DNA of 64,000 nucleotides from Frigoribacterium sp. (GTDB lineage Bacteria; Actinomycetota; Actinomycetes; Actinomycetales; Microbacteriaceae): NCBI GenBank assembly GCA_025363205.1, contig JANYEI010000212.1, positions 16,854 to 80,853 of the forward strand, read 5' to 3'. Shown piece by piece: positions 56,221 to 64,000 of this stretch (position 1 is its first letter; each line of letters starts with the position of its first letter). The notes under the pieces were generated by a model. It saw only the letters and a program-made list of their open reading frames with translations, ran no database searches and was not told where the DNA came from. The position numbers and the translations under genes were made by a program.

Positions 56221-57249
56221 ATGTATCGACTACTTTTCAGGCTCGTTCTCACCCGGCTCGACCCGGAGACCGCCCACCACCTCGCGTTCGACGTAATTCG
56301 CTGGCTCCCTCGTGTCGGTGTCGGTGTCATCCTGCGCCGGCTCAGCCGACCGGATCCGTCCCTCGCGGTCGACACCCTCGGCCTGCGGTTCGCCTCACCG
56401 TTCGGCGTCGCGGCCGGTTTCGATAAGGATGGCCGTGCCATCCGGGGACTCGGCCAGCTCGGATTCGGGCACGTCGAAGTCGGCACCATCACAGCACTCG
56501 CCCAGCCGGGCAATCCGAGCCCCCGACTTTTCCGCCTCGTTGCGGACGGCGCAGTGATCAACCGCATGGGATTCAACAATCGGGGAGCGGCGGATGCTGC
56601 ACCCCGGTTCGCCCGCGAGCTCGCCCGCGGCATCCGCCCCATCATCGGCGCGAACATCGGCAAGAGTCGCGCGGTGGAGGTGGATGACGCAATCGCTGAC
56701 TACCTCGTCAGCGCACGCATGCTCGCTCCGGTGAGCGACTATCTTGCCGTGAACGTGAGTTCCCCCAACACTCCCGGTCTTCGGGGGCTCCAGGAGCTCG
56801 ATAAGCTCACCCCGCTGCTCACCGCGGTGAACGACGCGGCGGGGGACACTCCCGTATTGGTGAAGATCGCCCCCGACCTCACCGACGACCAGGTGCGGCG
56901 CATCGCTGAACTCGCAGTGGAACTCGGGCTGGCGGGCATCATCGCCACCAACACGACCCTGTCACGCGAGGGCCTGGTCACGGATGCCGCGATCGTCGAA
57001 GCGGCCGGAGCCGGGGGCCTCTCTGGCGCTCCGCTCGCCGCGCGGTCGCTGGCGATCCTACGCATCATCCGCGCAGCAGTCCCAGCGGAATTCTGCGTGA
57101 TTTCCGTCGGGGGAGTTGACACCGCTGCCGATGTCGCCGAGCGCCTCGCCGCCGGAGCGACTCTGGTGCAGGGCTACACGGCGTTCCTGTACCGCGGACC
57201 GCTCTGGGCTCGCTCCATCAACCGAGGCTTGGCGAAGATCCGCCACTGA
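56221..57249 (+). CDS. pyrD: Quinone-dependent dihydroorotate dehydrogenase (class 2)
   Basis: 342 aa. FASPFGVAAGFDKDG, NVSSPNTPGLR and IISVGGV blocks, with an N-terminal membrane-association segment. Confidence 0.9.
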   Translation: MYRLLFRLVLTRLDPETAHHLAFDVIRWLPRVGVGVILRRLSRPDPSLAVDTLGLRFASPFGVAAGFDKDGRAIRGLGQLGFGHVEVGTITALAQPGNPSPRLFRLVADGAVINRMGFNNRGAADAAPRFARELARGIRPIIGANIGKSRAVEVDDAIADYLVSARMLAPVSDYLAVNVSSPNTPGLRGLQELDKLTPLLTAVNDAAGDTPVLVKIAPDLTDDQVRRIAELAVELGLAGIIATNTTLSREGLVTDAAIVEAAGAGGLSGAPLAARSLAILRIIRAAVPAEFCVISVGGVDTAADVAERLAAGATLVQGYTAFLYRGPLWARSINRGLAKIRH

Positions 57250-57292
57250 CAATCTGCTTGGCGGGGGATACGTGCGCTCGTGGCGGGCTGGT

Positions 57293-57330
57293 GACCTCGG
57301 GGAGGGGGTTACGACCCCCGCCGGGAGGTC
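57293..57330. terminator. GC-rich hairpin between convergent pyrD and the DUF3043 gene (possible bidirectional terminator, no U-tract)
   Basis: GACCTC (57293-57298) pairs with GAGGTC (57325-57330). Inner stem GGGGGT (57304-57309) / ACCCCC (57314-57319) around a 4-nt loop. Confidence 0.5.
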
Positions 57331-57360
57331 ATGTATCCTCCGCGACGATCCGGGGCAGGC

Positions 57361-57948
57361 CTAGGACGGGAAAGCGCCGCGCTTCACCTGCGGCTTCGGC
57401 AGCCGCATCGGGCGCAGCTGCAGGGCACGCATGGCGGTGTACCAGCGGTTGCCCTTCTGCACCTTCTCCGCACCGAACTTGGCGGTGAACTTGCGCTGAA
57501 TCAGCACCCCGGCGACGATGCAGTCGATCACGGCGATCAGGAAGAAGCCCCACAGCGCGAAAATTGCGATGGACTGGATCACGGCGTTGTTGATGAAGGT
57601 GAGGATGATCACTAGAAACATCACCGGGATGATGAGTTCACCGACGCTCCACCGCGCATCCACATAGTCGCGGATGAACCGGCGCTGCACACCCTTGTCC
57701 CTTATCGGCAGGAATTTCTCGTCGCCATTCGCCATGCCGACACGAGCCTTCTCCCTGGCCTCGTTCATCCTGGCCCGCGATGCCTTGTTGCCCGCCTTGC
57801 GGTCGCTCGAGACAAGCGGGCGCAGGTTGGCGGCTTCGCGCTCCTTGCGGGTCGGCGTCGCGCGACCCTTGCCGCTCGAAATGCTGTCGGTGTTGAGGTC
57901 GTACTCGGCCGCGGGGTCGGTCTTGTTCGAACTATTTGGCTTGGCCAC
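57361..57948 (-). CDS. DUF3043-family membrane protein
   Basis: KGRATPTRKEREAANLRP...RRFIRDYVDARWSVGELIIPVMFLVIIL pattern typical of DUF3043. Start taken at GTG 57948 (195 aa); the track ORF extends to 58095, across the divergent gene's start. Confidence 0.75.
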   Translation of the reverse strand: MAKPNSSNKTDPAAEYDLNTDSISSGKGRATPTRKEREAANLRPLVSSDRKAGNKASRARMNEAREKARVGMANGDEKFLPIRDKGVQRRFIRDYVDARWSVGELIIPVMFLVIILTFINNAVIQSIAIFALWGFFLIAVIDCIVAGVLIQRKFTAKFGAEKVQKGNRWYTAMRALQLRPMRLPKPQVKRGAFPS

Positions 57949-57988
57949 GGGGATTCCTACCGATCGGTGTCTGGTTAAGATTACCTTC

Positions 57989-59443
57989 ATGTCCTCTCCA
58001 GAGCCCACACGTCCAGAACTCCTGCAGGCTCTTCGCGACTCGGTCGCGAACGGCTTCCCCGTGGCTGTCGCCGACCTGTCGAGGCTGGTGCGCATCCCCT
58101 CGGTCTCCTGGGCGGCGTTCGATCCTCAGCACGTGAGCGACAGCGCTGATGCCGTAGCAGCCCTCGTCACCGGTCTCGGTGTCTTCGAGACGGTGCAGGT
58201 GGCCCGAGCTCCCATCGGCAGCGGCGCGGATGCCCCGCTCGGCCAGCCCGCGGTGCTCGCCACGCGCGCCGCTCGTAACGGGCGTCCGACCGTCCTGCTC
58301 TATGCGCACCACGACGTGCAGCCGCCCGGGAAGGATGAGGACTGGGACTCGTCGCCGTTCGAGCCCACCGTTCGCGGCGACCGCCTGTACGGGCGCGGTG
58401 CCGCGGATGACAAGGCCGGGGTACTCGCCCACGTCGCCGCCATCCGCGCATTCGTCGAGACCGTGGGGGTGGACTTCGACCTGGGACTTGCGCTCTTCAT
58501 CGAGGGGGAGGAGGAGTTCGGCTCGCGGTCGTTCACCAACTTTCTCACGGCGCACCAGGCCGAGCTCGCCGCAGACGTGATTGTTGTCGCCGACTCCGAT
58601 AACTGGAACATCACCACTCCTGCCCTCACCGTCGGCCTTCGCGGCAATGTCACCTTTCGGCTCACCGTGACTACCCTCGAGCACGCGTCGCATTCCGGCA
58701 TGTTCGGCGGGGCGGTTCCGGATGCCATGCTCGCCACCATCCGTCTTCTCGCGACTCTGCACGGACTCGACGGCTCAGTCGCCGTCGAAGGACTGGTCTC
58801 GCGGGAGGCCGAGACCCCGGACCACACGGAGGAGCACCTTCGCCGCGACGCCGCACTGTTGCCCGGGGTCACTCCGATCGGCACGGGCACCATCCTCAGC
58901 CGCATCTGGTCGAAGCCGGCCATCACGGTGACGGGCATCGATGCTCCGAGTGTGGCGAACGCATCAAACACCCTGGCTCCGTCGATCAGCGTCAAGATCA
59001 GCGCCCGAATAGCTCCCGGCCAGCAGGGCACCGAAGCGTTTGCCGCGCTTGAGTCCCATCTTCGCGCGCACGCGCCCTTCGGCGCCCGGATCGAGATCGA
59101 CGACGTCGACACCGGCAATGGCTTCCTCGTCGACACGAGCGGCTGGGCCGTCGCCGAGGCGAAGACCTCAATGACGGATGCCTGGGGCGCGGATGCCGTG
59201 GAGATGGGCGTCGGCGGTTCGATTCCCTTCATCGCAGATCTCGTCGAGTTGTTCCCCGCAGCGCAGATCCTCGTGACGGGCGTCGAGGACCCGGACTCCC
59301 GCGCGCACAGCCCCAACGAGTCACTGCACCTCGGTGTGTTCCAGCGCGCCATCCTCACCGAAGCCGTTCTGCTCGCTCGTCTCAATGACCGGTCTGACCC
59401 GTGGCGGGGACCACGGGAACAATCCGCAGTCTTCCGTGCTTAG
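57989..59443 (+). CDS. M20-family dipeptidase / metallo-hydrolase
   Basis: 484 aa from ATG 57989. VLLYAHHDVQP, GRGAADDKAG and FIEGEEEFGS metal-ligand blocks of M20 peptidases. Confidence 0.85.
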   Translation: MSSPEPTRPELLQALRDSVANGFPVAVADLSRLVRIPSVSWAAFDPQHVSDSADAVAALVTGLGVFETVQVARAPIGSGADAPLGQPAVLATRAARNGRPTVLLYAHHDVQPPGKDEDWDSSPFEPTVRGDRLYGRGAADDKAGVLAHVAAIRAFVETVGVDFDLGLALFIEGEEEFGSRSFTNFLTAHQAELAADVIVVADSDNWNITTPALTVGLRGNVTFRLTVTTLEHASHSGMFGGAVPDAMLATIRLLATLHGLDGSVAVEGLVSREAETPDHTEEHLRRDAALLPGVTPIGTGTILSRIWSKPAITVTGIDAPSVANASNTLAPSISVKISARIAPGQQGTEAFAALESHLRAHAPFGARIEIDDVDTGNGFLVDTSGWAVAEAKTSMTDAWGADAVEMGVGGSIPFIADLVELFPAAQILVTGVEDPDSRAHSPNESLHLGVFQRAILTEAVLLARLNDRSDPWRGPREQSAVFRA

Positions 59444-59480
59444 ACTTGAAACAAGCACTTGTTCAACCAAAGGAGTTGCC

Positions 59481-59867
59481 ATGACCGACACCGCGCTGAC
59501 TGTTATCACGTCCGCCGAAACGTCGACCGAGACCTCTGCCGCCCACGGCGTCGGTCTCACCGACACCGCAGCAACGAAAGTGCGCAGCCTCTACGAGCAA
59601 GAAGGTCGCGACGACCTGCGACTGCGCGTCGCCGTGCAGCCAGGCGGATGCTCCGGACTCATTTACCAGCTCTACTTCGACGAGCGACTGCTTGACGGCG
59701 ACGCCACCGTCGATTTCGACGGCGTAGAGGTCGTCGTCGACAAGATGAGCGTGCCATACCTCGATGGGGCAACCATCGACTTCGAAGACACCATTCAAAA
59801 GCAGGGTTTCACCATCGACAATCCCAACGCCTCGGGAAGCTGCGCCTGCGGAGACAGCTTCCACTAA
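59481..59867 (+). CDS. erpA: Iron-sulfur cluster insertion protein (HesB/IscA/ErpA family)
   Basis: 128 aa. AAAGGAG RBS. LRVAVQPGGCSG and C-terminal GSCACGDSF cysteine ligands. Confidence 0.88.
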   Translation: MTDTALTVITSAETSTETSAAHGVGLTDTAATKVRSLYEQEGRDDLRLRVAVQPGGCSGLIYQLYFDERLLDGDATVDFDGVEVVVDKMSVPYLDGATIDFEDTIQKQGFTIDNPNASGSCACGDSFH

Positions 59868-59913
59868 CTCGGCAGGAGGGCTCGTTGACAGCGTGCTCCC
59901 ACGGAGCGTCCAG

Positions 59914-59948
59914 AGAAGGGAATCGCCATCGGCGGTTCCCTTCTTTGC
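59914..59948 (+). terminator. Hairpin after erpA (possible terminator)
   Basis: AGAAGGGAA (59914-59922) pairs with TTCCCTTCT (59936-59944), 13-nt loop, then TTGC. The T-tract is weak. Confidence 0.45.
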
Positions 59949-60091
59949 TGGGGATTTTCAGCGAATTTACCGGTTTGGCTGCCCATTCCGGTCGGGGAGC
60001 GCGCGTCCTGCGGAGTAGGCTTGAAACACCAAATACGCTGGGATCCGTCCCAGTGGTGTTCCGTAAGTCCGTGTCATCCGAGAGGTTCCAG

Positions 60092-60964
60092 GTGCGTTCC
60101 AACCGCCGTCTTCGATGGGCAGTAGCTCCAATCGCTGTCACGCTCGTCGTCATTCTGGCCGGCTGCAGCCCGCAGCAGCTCCGGGGTTTCCTTCCGGCGG
60201 GTTCCGAAGGCGCGACCAAACACACCGATGGAATCACCAGCCTCTGGGTCACCTCGTGGATAGTGCTGCTCGCAGTGGGAATCATCACCTGGGGACTCAT
60301 CATCTGGGCGGCGATCGTCTATCGCCGCCGCAAGGGACAGACCGGCTTGCCTGTGCAACTCCGGTATAACCTGCCGATCGAAATTTTTTACACCATCGTG
60401 CCGCTCATTCTCGTGCTCGGGTTCTTTGCCTTTACTGCCAAAGAGCAAAACTCGATCGAACATGTCGTGAAAAATCCCGACGTCAAGGTCGAGGTCTATG
60501 GCAAGCGCTGGGCCTGGGACTTCAACTACCCCGGAATTGGTCCGGGTAACAACGGCGTCAATTCTCCGGGTATTCAGGCACAGCAGATTCAGAACGGCGA
60601 TGGCAGCGTCGATCGCTCTAAAATCCCCACCCTGTATTTGCCAATCAACAAGAGCGTGCAGATCAAGATCGAGAGCCGGGACGTGATTCACTCGTTCTGG
60701 GTGATCGACTTCCTCTATAAAAAAGACAACATCCCCGGTAAAAATAACTACGAGTACGTCACGCCGACCAAGCTCGGAACCTTCGAAGGAAAGTGTGCTG
60801 AGCTGTGTGGGGATTACCACTCCCTCATGCTCTTCCAGGTGAAGGTCGTCACCCTGCCGGAATTTGACGCGTACATCCAGAGTCTCGCGGATAAGGGCCA
60901 GACCGGCATTCTCGGCCCGGAGTACAACACGAACACCAATCTGCCGAGCAACAAAGTACCGTAA
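60092..60964 (+). CDS. ctaC: Cytochrome c oxidase subunit II
   Basis: Start at GTG 60092 (GAGAGG upstream) gives a signal peptide with lipobox LAGC. CuA motif HSFWVIDF...[12 protein letters not shown]. The track ORF starts at 59885. Confidence 0.9.
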   Translation: MRSNRRLRWAVAPIAVTLVVILAGCSPQQLRGFLPAGSEGATKHTDGITSLWVTSWIVLLAVGIITWGLIIWAAIVYRRRKGQTGLPVQLRYNLPIEIFYTIVPLILVLGFFAFTAKEQNSIEHVVKNPDVKVEVYGKRWAWDFNYPGIGPGNNGVNSPGIQAQQIQNGDGSVDRSKIPTLYLPINKSVQIKIESRDVIHSFWVIDFLYKKDNIPGKNNYEYVTPTKLGTFEGKCAELCGDYHSLMLFQVKVVTLPEFDAYIQSLADKGQTGILGPEYNTNTNLPSNKVP

Positions 60965-60986
60965 GCCAAGAACTAGGGCGATCACC

Positions 60987-62744
60987 ATGAGCACAGCGAC
61001 AACTTCCGCACCAACGACAACCCGGGAAACAACGAGCCCGGGTCGAACCACCACCTCGAGTGTCGGTCCCAAGGGAAACGTGCTGGTCGGCTGGATCACC
61101 ACCACCGATCACAAGAGGATTGGGTACCTCTATCTGATCACCTCCTTCCTGTACTTCCTTCTCGGCGGCGTTATGGCGCTCGTCATCCGGGCCCAGCTGT
61201 TCGAGCCTGGCCTTCAGATCGTGGCGACCAAAGAGCAGTACAATCAGCTCTTCACCATGCACGGCACGATCATGTTGCTCATGTTCGCCACACCGCTCTT
61301 TGCTGGCTTTGTAAACTTCCTGATGCCGATCCAAATCGGAGCTCCGGATGTCGCCTTCCCGCGTCTGAATGCCTACGCCTACTGGCTCTATAGTTTCGGC
61401 TCGTTGATCGCCGTCGCCGGGTTCCTCACCCCGCAGGGCGCAGCTTCCTTCGGTTGGTTCGCCTATGTCCCGTTGTCAACCACGACCTTCTCCCCGTCGC
61501 TCGGGGGAAATCTGTGGGTCTTCGGACTAGCGCTGAGTGGGTTGGGCACGATTCTCGGTGCGGTCAACTTCATCACGACCATCGTCACCATGCGCGCTCC
61601 CGGAATGACTATGTTCCGTATGCCGATCTTCGTCTGGAATTCACTCGTCACTTCCATCCTGGTTCTCATGGCTTTCCCGGTGCTTGCTGCCGCGCTGTTT
61701 GCACTGGGATCGGATCGAGTCTTCGGCTCCCATCTGTACAATGTGGAGGCTGGTGGGGCCATTCTGTGGCAACACCTGTTCTGGTTCTTCGGACATCCGG
61801 AGGTCTACATCATCGCCCTGCCGTTCTTCGGGATTATCTCCGAGGTCATCCCGGTCTTCAGCCGTAAGCCGATCTTCGGCTACAAAACGCTGGTCTATGC
61901 GACGATTACCATCGCAGCACTGTCTGTTACGGTCTGGGCACATCACATGTATGTGACCGGATCGGTGCTCCTTCCCTTCTTCTCCCTCATGTCGATGCTC
62001 ATTGCTGTTCCTACCGGCGTGAAGATCTTCAACTGGGTCGGCACGATGTGGCGCGGATCGATCACGTTTGAGACCCCAATGCTGTGGGCGATCGGATTTC
62101 TCATCACCTTCGTGTTTGGTGGACTCACCGGGGTTATCCTCGCGTCACCGCCGCTCGATTTCCACGTATCCGACAGCTACTTCGTCGTAGCGCATTTTCA
62201 CTACGTCGTCTTCGGCACGGTCGTTTTTGCAATGTTCAGCGGCTTCTACTTCTGGTGGCCGAAGTGGACGGGCAAGATGCTAAACGAACGGCTCGGGAAA
62301 ATCCATTTCTGGCTTCTGTTCGTCGGCTTTCACATGACATTCCTTGTTCAGCATTGGCTCGGAGTGATGGGGATGCCTCGTCGTTATGCGAGCTACCAGC
62401 CACAGGACGGTTTCACCTGGATGAATCAGCTCTCAACAGTCGGTGCCATGATCCTCGGGGTATCGATGCTTCCGTTTATCTTCAATGTCTACGTCACTGC
62501 CCGCACGGCGCCGCGTGTGACGGTCAATGATCCATGGGGCTATGGGCGGTCACTCGAGTGGGCGACATCCTGCCCGCCGCCTCGGCACAACTTCACGTCG
62601 ATTCCCCGCATCCGCTCGGAGTCTCCTGCCTTCGACCTCAACCACCCCGAAGCCGGGATTCCTGTCGGGATTGGTGGCATCGGGGCGTACAAAGACGCGC
62701 CGCAGGCTGCGACTTACGATGTAGCTGACGGACAGGTTAAATAA
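60987..62744 (+). CDS. ctaD: Cytochrome c oxidase subunit I
   Basis: 585 aa from ATG 60987. [14 protein letters not shown] and HFHYV haem/CuB ligand blocks. 12 or more TM helices. Confidence 0.95.
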   Translation: MSTATTSAPTTTRETTSPGRTTTSSVGPKGNVLVGWITTTDHKRIGYLYLITSFLYFLLGGVMALVIRAQLFEPGLQIVATKEQYNQLFTMHGTIMLLMFATPLFAGFVNFLMPIQIGAPDVAFPRLNAYAYWLYSFGSLIAVAGFLTPQGAASFGWFAYVPLSTTTFSPSLGGNLWVFGLALSGLGTILGAVNFITTIVTMRAPGMTMFRMPIFVWNSLVTSILVLMAFPVLAAALFALGSDRVFGSHLYNVEAGGAILWQHLFWFFGHPEVYIIALPFFGIISEVIPVFSRKPIFGYKTLVYATITIAALSVTVWAHHMYVTGSVLLPFFSLMSMLIAVPTGVKIFNWVGTMWRGSITFETPMLWAIGFLITFVFGGLTGVILASPPLDFHVSDSYFVVAHFHYVVFGTVVFAMFSGFYFWWPKWTGKMLNERLGKIHFWLLFVGFHMTFLVQHWLGVMGMPRRYASYQPQDGFTWMNQLSTVGAMILGVSMLPFIFNVYVTARTAPRVTVNDPWGYGRSLEWATSCPPPRHNFTSIPRIRSESPAFDLNHPEAGIPVGIGGIGAYKDAPQAATYDVADGQVK

Positions 62745-62748
62745 AGGC

Positions 62749-63216
62749 ATGCACGCTCAAGCGCGAATATTCTGGATTCTCTCTGCGTTCTTTGTGGTCG
62801 TAGATATCGTTTACGTCACCTGGAGCATCGCCCAGAACAACGCCGGGTACGTCACGCAACTCGCTGGAACTGAGGGGCGGGGTCAGGGATCTCCAGTCGA
62901 ATGGGCGGGCACCGTCACAATTGGGCTCGCGGCGATCTTGTCGGCGTTTGTCGGCTTTTACCTTGGCCGCACGAATAAGTCTGTCGGGGGAGTGCTCCCA
63001 GAAGATCGGCTGGACGCAAATATCGATGACGGAGATGCGGAGCAGGGATTTTTCAGCCCCTGGAGCTGGTGGCCAATCCTGCTCGCAGCAGGAGGGGCGT
63101 TGCTGTTCATGGGAATTGCAATCGGCATCTGGATCGCATTCTTCGGTGCTGCACTAACCGTCATCAGTCTCGTAGGGTGGGTCTATGAGTACTACCGCGG
63201 AAACTTCGCCCGTTAG
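62749..63216 (+). CDS. ctaF: Cytochrome c oxidase subunit IV (actinobacterial CtaF)
   Basis: 155 aa, four hydrophobic spans. Lies immediately after ctaD, as expected for actinobacterial aa3 oxidase subunit 4. Confidence 0.8.
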   Translation: MHAQARIFWILSAFFVVVDIVYVTWSIAQNNAGYVTQLAGTEGRGQGSPVEWAGTVTIGLAAILSAFVGFYLGRTNKSVGGVLPEDRLDANIDDGDAEQGFFSPWSWWPILLAAGGALLFMGIAIGIWIAFFGAALTVISLVGWVYEYYRGNFAR

Positions 63217-63649
63217 CTCCACACACGTTCGGCTCGCGACTTCGGCCGATGTCGATGCTGTCTTCAATCTCGTAGAACAGCTCGGTATTGGTGAGCGGCC
63301 GAATCGTGCATCGTTCGCAGAAGCGTTTGCTCATGCTGTACAGCCAAGCCGTGAACACGTGCTTCTGGTGGCTGACCTCGATGGTGTCGTATCGGGTTAC
63401 GCGTACACAACAATCGAGCGATTGCTCTATACGAACGGCGATTCGGCCCAGATCCAAGAGTTAGCCGTTAACACGCCGGCCAGGGATCGTGGTCTGGGCA
63501 GCCTGCTTGTTTCAGCAATTGAAGAAGAGTGCCGCTTGCGCGGAGTGCGCCAGCTCACGGTAGCGAGCAGCCATGCGGCGCGGTTCTATGAGCGCCTCGA
63601 CTACCGTTCGACCTCCGACTTCCTGAAGAAGAGCTTCGTCAGCGACTGA
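63185..63649 (+). CDS. GNAT-family N-acetyltransferase
   Basis: 154 aa. QELAVNTPARDRGLGSLLVSAIEEECRLRG matches acetyl-CoA binding motif A (Q/RxxGxG/A). ATG 63185 overlaps the ctaF 3' end by 32 nt. Confidence 0.75.
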   Translation: MSTTAETSPVSSTHVRLATSADVDAVFNLVEQLGIGERPNRASFAEAFAHAVQPSREHVLLVADLDGVVSGYAYTTIERLLYTNGDSAQIQELAVNTPARDRGLGSLLVSAIEEECRLRGVRQLTVASSHAARFYERLDYRSTSDFLKKSFVSD

Positions 63650-64000
63650 CCTGTTTCGGGCTCGATGACCGGGCGGTGGGGTCACGGTATTTGAGACCCA
63701 TGAGGGGGTCCAGCCAGTACTGTGATCAATCGCCTCGGTCGGGGGCGTTGCATGGTTACCGGGACTGCCAAAGCGATGTCTCGCCACACCGGTCCTCATC
63801 GCAGCATCCGAATTGGGACGTTTCCGCGGTGTACGGCGCTCCAGTACGAGCAGATCCAACACATTCACCGGGGTGGCCGCGTAGTGATGCGGTACGAAGC
63901 TTTCTCCGTTGCTGTCTCGGGGCGGGGCCCGGGTGATTCAGGGTGTGTGGAACACGTCGTTCAAGGTGACAGTCTGTAAACCGCGTTCGTGAATCAGCAC

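Noticed and set aside
63938-64000. Short minus-strand open frame at the window edge (VLIHERGLQTVTLNDVFHTP-stop) as a partial CDS.
   Set aside because: Only 20 codons are visible with no motif, so it cannot be supported as a feature. It is mentioned in the findings only.

Overview
GC-rich actinobacterial chromosomal core. Gene order resembles the Mycobacterium tuberculosis Rv2145c-Rv2178c and Rv1822-Rv1830 neighbourhoods, and the gene content looks Microbacteriaceae-like; both are inference from synteny and motifs, with no search run. Left to right: nsrR-hmp NO-detoxification pair, Zn-ADH, MarR, zwf, a GH18-like lipoprotein, pgsA, garA/odhI-type FHA protein, two MerR regulators, an orphan ParA-like ATPase, pyruvate carboxylase, an EspI/Ssd-like MinD/ParA ATPase, def, fadD, glk, plsC, class II DAHP synthase, a PASTA Ser/Thr kinase, a LysM/SLT-like wall protein, an Rv2175c-like regulator and a polyprenyl synthase. 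Then a complete dcw cluster (mraZ-rsmH-ftsL-ftsI-murE-murF-mraY-murD-ftsW-murG-murC-ftsQ-ftsZ-yggS-sepF-yggT-divIVA), lspA, rluD, dnaE, flavin reductase, hisD, nrdR, pyrD, DUF3043, M20 dipeptidase, erpA, ctaC-ctaD-ctaF and a GNAT. I found no rRNA, tRNA, CRISPR array, IS or prophage genes. The part no annotation class explains is non-coding. Three oversized spacers between convergent genes (11504-12020, 23561-23891, 52880-53688) each hold arrays of about 17-nt tandem repeats, several seeded from the flanking gene's own last codons plus stop codon. Each also holds a long hairpin of fixed geometry (16-18-bp arms around a 54-55-nt core). Two of the hairpins are clear homologues 41 kb apart; the third has the same geometry with fully compensated arm changes. 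Other points: a candidate MraZ operator, a candidate NsrR operator, a degenerate GH18 catalytic motif, HHPR in place of the MurE DNPR motif, and a non-canonical lspA start. All product calls come from motif recognition by eye.
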